DNA from: Deltaproteobacteria bacterium
GTDB taxonomy: Bacteria; Myxococcota_A; Polyangia; GCA-2747355
NCBI GenBank assembly: GCA_020633415.1
Contig: JACKDQ010000007.1
Coordinates: 17,507 to 81,506, forward strand
DNA: 64,000 bases
Reading direction: 5' to 3'
In this document: in pieces, positions 27,895-37,237 of the stretch
How the letters are laid out: each line of letters opens with the position of its first letter
Numbering within the stretch: position 1 is the stretch's first letter
The notes under the pieces: generated by a model
What the model saw: the letters and a program-made list of their open reading frames with translations, nothing else
What the model was told of the DNA's origin: nothing
The model's database searches: none
Made by a program: the position numbers and the translations under genes

Positions 27895-28911
27895 ATGAAT
27901 GACCCAGCGGTTAGCGTCGTCCTGCCCGTACGCGACGCGGTTGATACCCTCGCGACTGCGGTCGGTTCGGTGCTCGAGCAACAGGGGGTCCGCTTCGAAT
28001 TGGTCGTCGTCGACGATGGATCGACAGATGGCACGAGTGAGCTGCTCGCCCGCCTGGCCGAGCGCGACAATCGGTTGATCGCGATCTTTCGCCCGGCCGC
28101 TGGCCTGGTGTCTGCGCTCAACGCCGGGCTGGCCGCGGCGCGTGCGCCGCTGATCGCGCGGATGGACGCCGACGATCGCTGTCTCGCCGGTCGTCTGGCC
28201 AAACAGCACGCAGCACTGTGCGGTGATTCGGCGCTGACGCTATGCAGCTGTTTGGTGCAGAGCGCTGAGCGTGACGACAATCTCGGCTGGACGCGCTACC
28301 TCGAATGGCTCAACCGCTGCACGACCGATCAACAGATTCGCCAGGCGTTACTGATCGAAAGCCCGCTGCCTCATCCATCGGTGATGGTGCGCAAGCAGGC
28401 GGTGTTGGACGTCGGCGGATATCGTGAGTTCGACGGTCCAGAGGACTACGACCTCTGGCTGCGGTTGGCGAAAAACGGTGGGCGATTTGCCAAACTGCCT
28501 GAAGTCCTCTTGCATTGGAGTGATCCGCCGGCGCGCCTGACCCGCACCGATCCGCGCTATCGCAGCGAAGCGTTCATCGAGCTCAAGGCGGACTATCTTG
28601 CCGAGGCCGTGTTGCCGAGCTCGCCGCGGCGTAAATTGGCGATTTGGGGTGCCGGACGCTACGGCAAACGCTTCGGCCGCGCCCTGCAGCAACGGGGCTG
28701 TGAGATCGCGTGCTTCTTCGATATCGATCCGAAGAAGATCGGCCGCCAGCGACGCGGTTGTCCGGTGCTCTCTCCCGAGCGGGGACTTGCTGAGTATCCC
28801 GATGCCATGGTGATCGCCGCAGTGCCGGTCGTCGAGGCACGCGAACTGATCGCCGGCACGTTGGAGCGCGCCGGCTATCGCATCGGCAAAGACTTCTTGA
28901 TCTGCGCTTGA
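27895..28911 (+). CDS. family-2 glycosyltransferase fused to a NeuD/PglD-N-like Rossmann domain
   Basis: GT2 signature VSVVLPVRDAVDTL...ELVVVDDGSTDGT...ARMDADD. The C-terminal KLAIWGAGRYGKRFGRALQQRGCEIACFFDIDPKKIG resembles the N-domain of NeuD-type acyltransferases. Confidence 0.75.
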   Translation: MNDPAVSVVLPVRDAVDTLATAVGSVLEQQGVRFELVVVDDGSTDGTSELLARLAERDNRLIAIFRPAAGLVSALNAGLAAARAPLIARMDADDRCLAGRLAKQHAALCGDSALTLCSCLVQSAERDDNLGWTRYLEWLNRCTTDQQIRQALLIESPLPHPSVMVRKQAVLDVGGYREFDGPEDYDLWLRLAKNGGRFAKLPEVLLHWSDPPARLTRTDPRYRSEAFIELKADYLAEAVLPSSPRRKLAIWGAGRYGKRFGRALQQRGCEIACFFDIDPKKIGRQRRGCPVLSPERGLAEYPDAMVIAAVPVVEARELIAGTLERAGYRIGKDFLICA

Positions 28912-28929
28912 ACGTCAACGCCAGTTGAG

Positions 28930-30357
28930 CTAACCGAAAAGATCGAGCTGCGCCCAGCCGTTGTAGAGGTCTTCAGCGTCGCGTCGCAAGCGCTCGAGTA
29001 GTCGCGCGCGCTTGTCAAACGCGCGGTGCAGAGGGCCGATCGCTACGTCGTGATAGTCGATTACCATCGCCTCGGACTTGTCTTCGTGAGGCTTCATCAC
29101 CAAGGAGACCAGCGTCTCCAATGTTTTCGAATACGAAAATGGATAGGAGATGAACAGCCGATCGACTGTCGGTGAGCGTACAGACTCGGCGGCGATCTGT
29201 GTGGTGGCGAACAGTACGTTGATCTCGCCGCTGTCGATGCGGGCGGCGATCGCGCGTCGATCGGCAGGGCGCACGGCGCTGGTCAACTGATCGCTGCGTA
29301 TGTCGCTGCTGAGTTCCGCAGAGATGCCATCGAAATGATCGCGACGATCGGATAGTACCAAGCAGCGGTGACCCGCACGTGCCTCATCGGTAATGTCAGC
29401 TGCGATCAGCGCATTGCGCTGCACATCGGTGGTTAGTGCGCTGATCAACTTCTGATAGTCTGAGCGGCCATTGTACGGATGGTCAAACGCGGTGATGCGC
29501 GATCGATAGACCAACTTGATCGGTGGTCCATCGTCCCGGCTAGCACCCATTTGGTGAACCGGCCCGCCGAGGGCCAGATAGATCGGGCCGTGAAGCTCAT
29601 CGTCGCGGGTTGAGCGATTAGCTGCCCCAACGATGTAGCGCGCATGCAGGCGACGGATTGTTCGCATCAGCTGCGCCGCTGGGGCGCTGTCGATTTCGTC
29701 GCAGATGATCAGACCGAACCGGGCGGCCGATAGATCGCTCGGTGTTTCGGCGTAGCAGGCGATCGCCAGCTGGGTATTGTCATCGACGTTGGCTAGGCCG
29801 CAGACTTGGTGCGCCGCGAGCGCCAGGCGCTCGACCAATGCGTCGCGCCATTTGCTAGCGTCTGCTGGGTCATTGGCGAAGAGCAGCGTTCGCTGGCGGC
29901 GACGAGCGATCAGCTCGGCGAGAACGGCTTGTCGGTCTCGAGCGCTCGGGCAGATCAAGACGCCGGCGCTGCTCAGCAGCAGGCGGTGCAGCGCGGCGTG
30001 TTGCTGAGTGTTCAGCGGAACGTTGGTGCGCAGGTTATCGCTGGCGGCTTGGGTGCGCTGATCGAGCACCGTGTACTCGATGCCGTGCTTGCTGCAGGCC
30101 TGGGTAACGCGACTGAGCAGCGCCTGAGGAACGCGATAGCGGCCGTCTTGGTTGACGATCAGTCCGAACAGCGTCCGTTCGCTTCCGAGGTTTTGCAGGG
30201 CGGATGCTGCCGCGCTGCTCTTGCGCAGCTGACGCTTGAGTGCGTCGATTAGCCGCTGAGGTGTGTCTGCCGCGGGGAAGCTGGCGTCACAGTCAACGAC
30301 GATCTTGAGCGGGGAGCTATCGGACACGGCGCTATCGCAACAGGAACCAGACCACAC
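28930..30357 (-). CDS. SF2 helicase-like protein with degenerate ATPase motifs
   Basis: Helicase-core layout is present: motif II LIICDEIDS and a motif V-like VLFATTQIAAESV. The motif I position reads ICPSARDRQ, with no GxGKT lysine. The start overlaps the upstream stop by 26 nt; in-frame GTG 30327 is an alternative. Confidence 0.55.
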   Translation of the reverse strand: MWSGSCCDSAVSDSSPLKIVVDCDASFPAADTPQRLIDALKRQLRKSSAAASALQNLGSERTLFGLIVNQDGRYRVPQALLSRVTQACSKHGIEYTVLDQRTQAASDNLRTNVPLNTQQHAALHRLLLSSAGVLICPSARDRQAVLAELIARRRQRTLLFANDPADASKWRDALVERLALAAHQVCGLANVDDNTQLAIACYAETPSDLSAARFGLIICDEIDSAPAAQLMRTIRRLHARYIVGAANRSTRDDELHGPIYLALGGPVHQMGASRDDGPPIKLVYRSRITAFDHPYNGRSDYQKLISALTTDVQRNALIAADITDEARAGHRCLVLSDRRDHFDGISAELSSDIRSDQLTSAVRPADRRAIAARIDSGEINVLFATTQIAAESVRSPTVDRLFISYPFSYSKTLETLVSLVMKPHEDKSEAMVIDYHDVAIGPLHRAFDKRARLLERLRRDAEDLYNGWAQLDLFG

Positions 30358-31915
30358 CGGCGATCGCGCAGGCGATGACGATGCCGATGAGCAGCGGCGT
30401 TTTCGAAGCTGGAGGAGCTAGTCGTTCAGTCGCCGCATTACGCAGCAGGATTTCGTTCGCTACGCGCGGCGGCGCTGTTGCCGCTGATTGATCAGCGGCA
30501 CTGCTATCCGTCGCCTTGACGCGCGGCTGATCGCGTTGTTCCGGGGCGTGCACAACACGCTCCGCTGGGACCAGCGTCGGCTCGTGGGGATCGATCGCGA
30601 TCGTGGGTGAGCCGGTCGCATCCGCAGTTTGCTGAGGTTCGGGGACTACCGTCGGCTCGGTTCGGCTGGCCGGGCTCGGTCCAGCAGTTAGCAGCTCGCC
30701 GCTGGCCGTCGCTTGGCGCGGCGGCACATAGGTCTCCAATTCGCCGCTGACGGCGCCCGGAGCGACGGCGGGGTGGTCATTGCTCAACGGCGCGATGCCG
30801 ATGGCTACCTGGTTATGCGTCGCGGGGGGCGGTTCGATGGTGCGTACGTCGCTGTTGAGTTCGCGGGCCAGCGTCGGCGTTTCGTCGGCTTCTTCTGCCG
30901 TGAAGGCCTGAGAAATGCTCTCGGCCGAGATTCGATCGACGCGCTGAGCTTGGGCCGCGGGGTCTCGCGGGCCGCTAGACGCGCGAACAGCGGTATGATC
31001 GCCGGTGTTGCCGTCGTCGCTGGCCCCACGCGCTGCGGCGACCACGGTCTCCTCGCGCTCGACTGCGGATGTGTCACTCGTCGGTTGGCTACCGTCGGGC
31101 ATCAGCACGACCTGCTGTCGCGGCGAGGCGATCTGATGACCTGCGAGTTGATCGACGAAGACGCGAAGCGTCCGCGGGCGCATGCTCGGGTCGGGGGCCA
31201 ACGCGCCGCTGATCGCTGCGACTACGTGTGGGGAGATCGTCCGCGAGCTTGGGACAAGCAGCGCGCCGTCGTCATCTCGGCTCGGCATCACGCCGTAAAG
31301 CATCCGATAGGCCAAAACGGCGGCGGCATAGTTGTCGGCGACGATCGGTTCTGCGTCGGGTTCGGGGGGAAGGTACGCTGCTGCTCGCCAATTGGGATCG
31401 CTTAGCGCGCCGCTGCCCAGAGCCATTAGGCGGACGATTTGCCGGTCGCGTAGCTGATCCATGTACAGTGCTGCGGCGTCAAGGTTGCGGTAGGGTAGTT
31501 GACGGCTATGCATATCGCCGAGCGCATCCTCGAGCTGCGCGAGGATGTCGACGGTCTCTTCCTCGCCGAACGTACCCTGTCGCGTCAGCAGCACTTCGAG
31601 GGACTCGCCCTCCATCAGCTCTGTGACGTAGTAGATTCGACCGTCGTCGAGCTTGCCGAAGTCGCTAATCGTTACCGCGTGCGGGCTCTTGATCTGTCCG
31701 GCGGCGGCGCACTCTTTACGAAACTGCGCGATTCGCTGACTGTCGTTGCTGATCGGCGCGTGGACAACGGTCACCGCGACGTCCCGACCGAGCGCCAAGT
31801 GCGTGGCTCGATAGATCGCGCCCGTTCGTCCGTGGTGCAGTAGCGGGCCCACGCTGTAACGTTCGTCGAGAGTCTGGCCGACCAATTGTTCGCTGTCGCC
31901 GCTCACCGCATCCAT
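30332..31915 (-). CDS. Ser/Thr protein kinase-like pseudokinase with C-terminal TM anchor
   Basis: The kinase fold is alignable, but the G-loop is HHGRTG and the VAxK lysine is lost (VAVTVV). HRDxKPxN reads YRNLDAAA and DFG reads ALG. A long Pro/Ala-rich linker and a C-terminal helix LLIGIVIACAIAGVVWFLL follow. Confidence 0.75.
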   Translation of the reverse strand: MDAVSGDSEQLVGQTLDERYSVGPLLHHGRTGAIYRATHLALGRDVAVTVVHAPISNDSQRIAQFRKECAAAGQIKSPHAVTISDFGKLDDGRIYYVTELMEGESLEVLLTRQGTFGEEETVDILAQLEDALGDMHSRQLPYRNLDAAALYMDQLRDRQIVRLMALGSGALSDPNWRAAAYLPPEPDAEPIVADNYAAAVLAYRMLYGVMPSRDDDGALLVPSSRTISPHVVAAISGALAPDPSMRPRTLRVFVDQLAGHQIASPRQQVVLMPDGSQPTSDTSAVEREETVVAAARGASDDGNTGDHTAVRASSGPRDPAAQAQRVDRISAESISQAFTAEEADETPTLARELNSDVRTIEPPPATHNQVAIGIAPLSNDHPAVAPGAVSGELETYVPPRQATASGELLTAGPSPASRTEPTVVPEPQQTADATGSPTIAIDPHEPTLVPAERVVHAPEQRDQPRVKATDSSAADQSAATAPPRVANEILLRNAATERLAPPASKTPLLIGIVIACAIAGVVWFLLR

Positions 31916-31970
31916 CCAAGTCCGCAGAACAACTACTTGTTATCGTACGCTTAGCATATGCCAGGATGGC

Positions 31971-32204
31971 ATGAAGCCCAAGCCCTGGCGCCATTTTTCG
32001 CGGGGAAAGGGCAAAGTGGTCCTGGGCCGAGCGGAATCGGGCTCTACCTGCGGCGTCATGGCTGGCGACACGCAGGGCGCTGCGGTGCGTATGATGAGCG
32101 ATCAGGTCCTGCCGTGTGAGACGGCGGACAGGCCAAAGCCTCGCCGGGAAGCGGCGGGCCTGAGCGGCGGGTTGCCCCCTATGATGATATTGGGGCGCTG
32201 CTAA
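31971..32204 (+). CDS. possible small protein (77 aa), no recognisable domain
   Basis: AGGA lies 4 nt before the ATG. Third-codon positions are mostly G/C (60 of 77 by hand count), which is coding-like. The ORF ends in the first copy of the 15-bp repeat. Confidence 0.25.
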   Translation: MKPKPWRHFSRGKGKVVLGRAESGSTCGVMAGDTQGAAVRMMSDQVLPCETADRPKPRREAAGLSGGLPPMMILGRC

Positions 32205-32235
32205 TTGGGGCGCTGCTAATTGGGGCGCTGCTAAT
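32191..32235. repeat. perfect 3 x 15-bp tandem repeat TGGGGCGCTGCTAAT
   Basis: Copies at 32191-32205, 32206-32220 and 32221-32235. A degenerate fourth copy lies inside the rpsU 3' end. Confidence 0.95.
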
Positions 32236-32491
32236 TGCGGCGAGCAGCGCGACGTTCGCGACGGCGACGACGACGCTCAGCCTCGCGGGCCTTACGGCGC
32301 TTGCGGACGCTGGGCTTTTCGTAGTGGCGGCGACGCTTTAGTTCGCGGGTCACGCCCTCGGTGGCGATTTTGCGTTTCAGGCGACGGATGGCGCGTTCCA
32401 ACCCGCGCTCATCAACGGTGACTTCAAGCGGCCGCCCCTCAACCGTTTTGCTCGGTTGGTCAGCGGCGGCGATTTTGGCTGCTTCGGCCAT
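32231..32491 (-). CDS. rpsU: 30S ribosomal protein S21
   Basis: LERAIRRLKRKIATEGVTRELKRRRHYEKPSVRKRRKAREAERRRRRRE is the S21 signature. ATG 32491 has GAGGA 5 nt upstream; the ORF track start 32560 adds an unlikely extension. Confidence 0.85.
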   Translation of the reverse strand: MAEAAKIAAADQPSKTVEGRPLEVTVDERGLERAIRRLKRKIATEGVTRELKRRRHYEKPSVRKRRKAREAERRRRRRERRAARRN

Positions 32492-32646
32492 CGAATCCTC
32501 TTCAAAAATCGTGTCTTGGCCCGTCAGCCCCAATGGGCTCCGCACCAGCGGCGGAAACATACAGAACTGCTCGGTCGCTGTAAAGCCTTAGGTCACTGTT
32601 TCTTCTGTCGAACTATCGGCGCGCGCGACGAACGCTTCAGCGTCGC

Positions 32647-34158
32647 TCAGTACACTTCGCGCGGCGGTGTTCTTAAGCGCGGATAGCGTTGCAGCTCAAA
32701 GCCATGCTTGGCAAAGGTGCCGCGTAATATCTCGAAATCCCTCTGTATTTTTCGGACGCCACAGCGGTAGGCCATATTGAGAATCTCGAGTCGCAGGTTG
32801 TACTTCATCGGTGAGCCGCTGAGCAGGCGCATTTCATCGCCTTCGGGACGGAAAAGGACGAAATCGACATTGGGATGGTCATCAGCGGCGGCCTGAAAGC
32901 CGTGCATGAATCGCGAGTGGATCACCGCCTTGAGCGCCTGCAGCGCGGCGAACACGCCACCCTTGCTGCGCACGTAGCCGGGGACGTCGACACGGATTGG
33001 CACCAACGGGTCGACGATGATCACCAGCTTGGCACCGCGCTCGATCGCCAAATGAAAATTCGACGTGCGGGTGTACTGGCCGTCGACGAAATACCGACCT
33101 TTGATCTCTGCCGGCTCGAAAAACGGTGTCAGCGCGGCAGAAGCGCGGACGGCGCGCGAGATCGGCACGTCGTCCCATTGTCCATCGCCGAAGACCACGT
33201 GCGCTGACGTATCCTGGTCGGTCGCGCCGATGTAGAGCTCACGTTTGAGCTTACGAAAGTCGTTGGTTCGCCCAGCTTGAGTGAGTTGGGCTTCGACGAA
33301 GCGCTCCAGTCCATCACCCCGGAAAAATCCCACGGGGACGGTCTTGAGCAAACCGGAGATGAAGTTGCTCCAACCGCGCACGGGCGCGGACTTGGCCAAT
33401 GTCCAGATGCGCGACGCATATTCGCCGAGATGTGGGTCGTAGATCACCGATGGTGTCACTGGCTCGACGTCGGGTGTTTGGTCGGGATTGGTAAACGCCC
33501 CCTCGATCGAGTCGACTTCGGTGTTGTTCGCCAGCAGCGCTGCGAGGATCGCACCGGCACTGATACCGCAGAAGATGTCCATCTCGTTGACGGTACGATT
33601 TTGCAGGTGGGCGTTGATCGCTTTCATCACGCCAACCTCGAACAAGAACCCCTCGACGCCGCCGCCGGCCAGGCAGATCGCAGTCTTGCCCGGGTCGGGA
33701 TCGGTCAACTCGATCATCCGCGTGAGCAGCGCGTCGGGAAACGGACAGCAGAGCAGTCCTCCGATGCGCAGCTTGCCTAGGGCAAAGGCGCTGTCGACGA
33801 TCGCTTCGTCATCGTCGAGGATTGCGATCATCCGCGAGAGTGGATAACGCAGGTCTGGGTCTGCCGCATAGTGGATGCGCGTTGCGAGACGATGGGCCAG
33901 CGAGGCCTCCGCGGAACTCGATTGCGGTGTGCCGTGGCGGGCATCGACGACGAGAAAGTTGTAGTAAGCGCCAGAGAGTACCGACAGTGCCTGCTCGATA
34001 TCGTCGTGCAGATGAAAGCGTGCGGCTCCGTCTTTCGTCGAAACCGCCACCCAACGTCCGCCATCGCCCTGCTGTCCACCGGCCGCCAGCATCTCATCGA
34101 GCACGCGCTGGCGGGCATCCTCGTTGTGCAGGTAGAGCACGTCGCTGACTTGTCTCAT
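32647..34158 (-). CDS. patatin-like phospholipase
   Basis: ICLAGGGVEGFLFEVGV (oxyanion GGGxxG), GISAGA (GxSxG nucleophile) and the downstream FVDGQY (DG dyad). Preceded by a roughly 150-aa N-terminal domain. Confidence 0.85.
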   Translation of the reverse strand: MRQVSDVLYLHNEDARQRVLDEMLAAGGQQGDGGRWVAVSTKDGAARFHLHDDIEQALSVLSGAYYNFLVVDARHGTPQSSSAEASLAHRLATRIHYAADPDLRYPLSRMIAILDDDEAIVDSAFALGKLRIGGLLCCPFPDALLTRMIELTDPDPGKTAICLAGGGVEGFLFEVGVMKAINAHLQNRTVNEMDIFCGISAGAILAALLANNTEVDSIEGAFTNPDQTPDVEPVTPSVIYDPHLGEYASRIWTLAKSAPVRGWSNFISGLLKTVPVGFFRGDGLERFVEAQLTQAGRTNDFRKLKRELYIGATDQDTSAHVVFGDGQWDDVPISRAVRASAALTPFFEPAEIKGRYFVDGQYTRTSNFHLAIERGAKLVIIVDPLVPIRVDVPGYVRSKGGVFAALQALKAVIHSRFMHGFQAAADDHPNVDFVLFRPEGDEMRLLSGSPMKYNLRLEILNMAYRCGVRKIQRDFEILRGTFAKHGFELQRYPRLRTPPREVY

Positions 34159-34191
34159 CTCGATCGGTTTACTACGCGCTGGCCGGGAAGT

Positions 34192-35343
34192 CTACAAACC
34201 GCCGCTATCAAGCGAACGCCAAAGGTACCAGCTGGCGATCGAGCGGTAGGGGCGCCAAGCCTCGGCCAATCGCTCGATTCGCTGGGGAGTCGGACGTTGC
34301 CGCAGCGCATAGAGTTGGGTGACGGCGTTCTGCACGCCTAGGTCATCGACGGGAAGTACGTCAAGGCGTCCCAGTTGGAAGATCAAATACATCTGCGCGG
34401 TCCAGCGGCCGACACCACGGATCGCGGTTAGCCGCTCGATCAGCGCTTCGTCGTCGAGTCGCTCGATGCCGCGAAGATAGCCGCGCCGTTCGTGCTCGGC
34501 CAGCGCGCGTAGATAGCTTGCCTTTTGTCGCGACAGGCCAATTTCACGCAATCGCTGGTCAGATGCGGCGAGGAGTCGTCGCGCTGATAACCGAGCGTTG
34601 CGGTCGTTCATTGCTTCGCTCAGGCGTCCGATGATCGTGCGCCCTGCTGCCATCGAAACTTGCTGATGTACGATCGCTCGCACCAAAGAAGCGAACGCCG
34701 ATGGATCGGCTTGCGGTTCGAGTGTGCACCGGCCGACTCTGCGAATTACCGCGGCGAGCTTCGGATCGGCGCGGCGCAACTGGCGGGGAGCCGCCTCGCG
34801 CCAGCTTGCCAGATCAGCGCCCTCGATCGTCAGGAGTCGCAGCTTGGTTGCCAGGTTGCCGTGGCTGCTAAACCAGCCCGGACCGTCGCTGGCGCAGATC
34901 CGATGACAGGGGATGACCAGCGGCAAAGGATTGTTGGACATCGCTGAACCGACCGCGCGGCTGGCGCCGGCCTTGCCGAGCCGCTTGGCGAGTTCGCCGT
35001 AGCTCGATGTTTCACCGGGTCCGACGGAACGGCACAGTTGCAGGATCTGTTGGCGGAATGGCGAAATGCCGCGCAGATCGATCGCAACGTCGCTGAGCGG
35101 GTCGAGGTTTCCGTCGAGGTGCGCTGCGATGCGCGCAAGCACCGGTCTGATCGAACGCGGTGGTTGCTGCTGTGTGACCGGCAGGCGACAGCGCCGCTGC
35201 AGCTCGTCGAGCGTTCGTTGGGGCGTGGCGTGCGCCAGGCTGATCGCATGCAGCGCGTCACCGCTCCATGCGACACCGATCGGGCCGACTGCGGTTGGCT
35301 GTATGCAGACGCCTCCGTGCTCAGCTGATGCCATACTTGGCAA
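34192..35343 (-). CDS. fusion of methylated-DNA-protein-cysteine methyltransferase and HhH-GPD 3-methyladenine glycosylase
   Basis: The N-terminal half carries the LVIPCHRI active site. The C-terminal half carries HhH-GPD features (GVGRWTAQMYLIF, LPVDDLGVQ). The start overlaps the upstream activator stop. Confidence 0.8.
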   Translation of the reverse strand: MPSMASAEHGGVCIQPTAVGPIGVAWSGDALHAISLAHATPQRTLDELQRRCRLPVTQQQPPRSIRPVLARIAAHLDGNLDPLSDVAIDLRGISPFRQQILQLCRSVGPGETSSYGELAKRLGKAGASRAVGSAMSNNPLPLVIPCHRICASDGPGWFSSHGNLATKLRLLTIEGADLASWREAAPRQLRRADPKLAAVIRRVGRCTLEPQADPSAFASLVRAIVHQQVSMAAGRTIIGRLSEAMNDRNARLSARRLLAASDQRLREIGLSRQKASYLRALAEHERRGYLRGIERLDDEALIERLTAIRGVGRWTAQMYLIFQLGRLDVLPVDDLGVQNAVTQLYALRQRPTPQRIERLAEAWRPYRSIASWYLWRSLDSGGL

Positions 35344-37231
35344 GCTTCTTGTGCAATCCCTCGCGCGTGATCCCGAGCGTCACAGCCGTCTGGGTCTTGT
35401 TGTTGCCGTGCTCGCGCAACGCCTCGACGAGCAGATAGCGTTCGATCGACTCGATCATTTCCTTGAGGGTGCCCTTTTTTGGCGCGATGCGACCGATCAG
35501 CCCCTCCACCTTGCGGATCTGGGGCGAGAGGTGCTCAGCTTGCACGATCGCGCCGTCGTCGACTTGGATCACCAAGCGCTGAACCTCGTTCTCCAGCTCC
35601 CGAACGTTTCCCGGCCAGCGGTAGGCGGCCAGTTGATTGAGAGCGTCTTGGCTGATGCCACCGACGTTCTTGCGCATCTCCGCCGCGTAGTGGCGTACGA
35701 AGTGTTGGACCAGCAGCGGGATATCCTCTGGGCGCTCGCGCAGAGGCGGCAGGGTGATCGGAAAGACCATCAGTCGATAGAACAGGTCTTGGCGGAAGCG
35801 TCCAGCCTCGACTTCCTTGGTGAGGTCGCGGTTGGTCGCACAGATGATGCGCACGTCGACGTTCTTATCGTGTGCTGATCCTACCGGGCGGACCTGTCCC
35901 TCCTGCAGAACGCGAAGCAACTTGGCCTGCAGCGGCAGCGCCATCTCGCCGACTTCGTCGAGAAACAGCGTGCCACCGTCAGCGATTTCGAAAAGACCCT
36001 TCTTATCGCGGTCGGCGCCGGTAAAGGCTCCCCGCTTGTAGCCAAACAATTCGCTTTCCAGCAGTGTCTCGGGAAGCGCGGCGCAGTTTTGTGCGACAAA
36101 CATCTTGTCGCGGCGCTTGCCTTCAAAATGGATCGCGCTCGCGATCAGCTCCTTGCCAGTTCCCGTCTCTCCGCCGATACAGACCGTCGCGCGCGTGTCG
36201 ATTACCTTGCGCAGTTGGGAGAAGATCTCCTGCATCGCCGGTGAGCTGCCGATAATCCGGTCAAAGCCGACTTCGCCTTGACGCTTTTTCAAGTAGAGGT
36301 TTTCGCCCTGCAGTTTCTCCTGGGCGATCTTCAGCTGTCGATAAAGCTGTGCGTTATCGATCGCCAAAGCAGCCTGTCGACCCAGCACCAGCAGCAGCTC
36401 GAGATCGTTCTGCTGGAACATCCCAGAGGAGGAGCGGTTGTCGCACTGCAGCAGGCCGAGAATCTTTTCGCCCCGCCAGAGAGGTACTCCGATCGTTGAT
36501 TGGATGTGTCCACCCATGATGCTTTCGCTGCGGCCGAGTTCTACCGGTGCGTTGGCGGCGAGCACTGCACTACGGTCGTCTAGTACGCGGCGTAGAACCG
36601 CGCGACTGATCGCGATCGGCGCGTTTTGCCCGTCGCGGCCGCGGGCGAGCAGCGGAACAAAGCGCTCCTCGTCGTCTCCATCATTGATCGCGATCGCTAC
36701 GTGAGTCGTACGCTGGATCAGCGCAAAGGTCGCGTCGGCGAGCGCTGATAGCACTTCGTCGATCTCCAATCGTCCGCTGAGCGCCTTGACCGCGTTGTAC
36801 AACGCAGTGACGTTCGGCCCTTGTTCGACCTTGCCCGCTACAGCGGGAAGCTCGCGGATCGAAACTTTGGCTAATACGCGTGGTGTGTCGCGCGAGCTGG
36901 CCTCGCCGACGAGCCGACAGAGAATGATCACCGGGGAGGTTGCGTCACCGAGCAGCAGACGGTCACCGTCGCGGATTGCCGCCTCCCAGCGGTCGGTGCC
37001 GTCAAGCACGATCCGCTTCTGTCCACGCAAGATCATCGAGCCGTTGGTGGATCTTAGGTCGCGATAGATATATTGGCCGCTCTCTCGAAACAGTAGCCCG
37101 TGCTCGCTCGAAAGGTGGAAGTCGCTGACTGGCAGTGTCGACTGTCCAGAACGGCCGATCGATATTCTGTCTTCGTCTGTTTCGAGCGCTTGCCCCTGCA
37201 AGTCGCCCTGGATGATTTCCAGCCGAATCAT
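35321..37231 (-). CDS. sigma-54-dependent transcriptional activator, FHA-GAF-AAA+-HTH
   Basis: FHA-like N-terminus ([23 protein letters not shown]...STNGS) and a GAF-like middle. [30 protein letters not shown] and the C-terminal [25 protein letters not shown] are present. Confidence 0.9.
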   Translation of the reverse strand: MIRLEIIQGDLQGQALETDEDRISIGRSGQSTLPVSDFHLSSEHGLLFRESGQYIYRDLRSTNGSMILRGQKRIVLDGTDRWEAAIRDGDRLLLGDATSPVIILCRLVGEASSRDTPRVLAKVSIRELPAVAGKVEQGPNVTALYNAVKALSGRLEIDEVLSALADATFALIQRTTHVAIAINDGDDEERFVPLLARGRDGQNAPIAISRAVLRRVLDDRSAVLAANAPVELGRSESIMGGHIQSTIGVPLWRGEKILGLLQCDNRSSSGMFQQNDLELLLVLGRQAALAIDNAQLYRQLKIAQEKLQGENLYLKKRQGEVGFDRIIGSSPAMQEIFSQLRKVIDTRATVCIGGETGTGKELIASAIHFEGKRRDKMFVAQNCAALPETLLESELFGYKRGAFTGADRDKKGLFEIADGGTLFLDEVGEMALPLQAKLLRVLQEGQVRPVGSAHDKNVDVRIICATNRDLTKEVEAGRFRQDLFYRLMVFPITLPPLRERPEDIPLLVQHFVRHYAAEMRKNVGGISQDALNQLAAYRWPGNVRELENEVQRLVIQVDDGAIVQAEHLSPQIRKVEGLIGRIAPKKGTLKEMIESIERYLLVEALREHGNNKTQTAVTLGITREGLHKKLAKYGIS

Positions 37232-37237
37232 TCGTCG

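Noticed and set aside
31990-32190. GC-rich hairpins (e.g. CTGCCGT-GTGAG-ACGGCGG near 32107-32125 and CTCGCCG-GGAAG-CGGCGGG near 32138-32156), considered as a small RNA (SRP, 6S or RNase P-like)
   Set aside because: I could not find any of the conserved SRP domain IV, RNase P or tmRNA motifs. The region also has coding-like third-position bias (77-aa ORF). On the minus strand, the second hairpin followed by TTTGG may simply be the rpsU terminator.
32191-32235. CRISPR array
   Set aside because: The three 15-bp units are directly adjacent with no spacers, they are far too short, and no cas genes are present.
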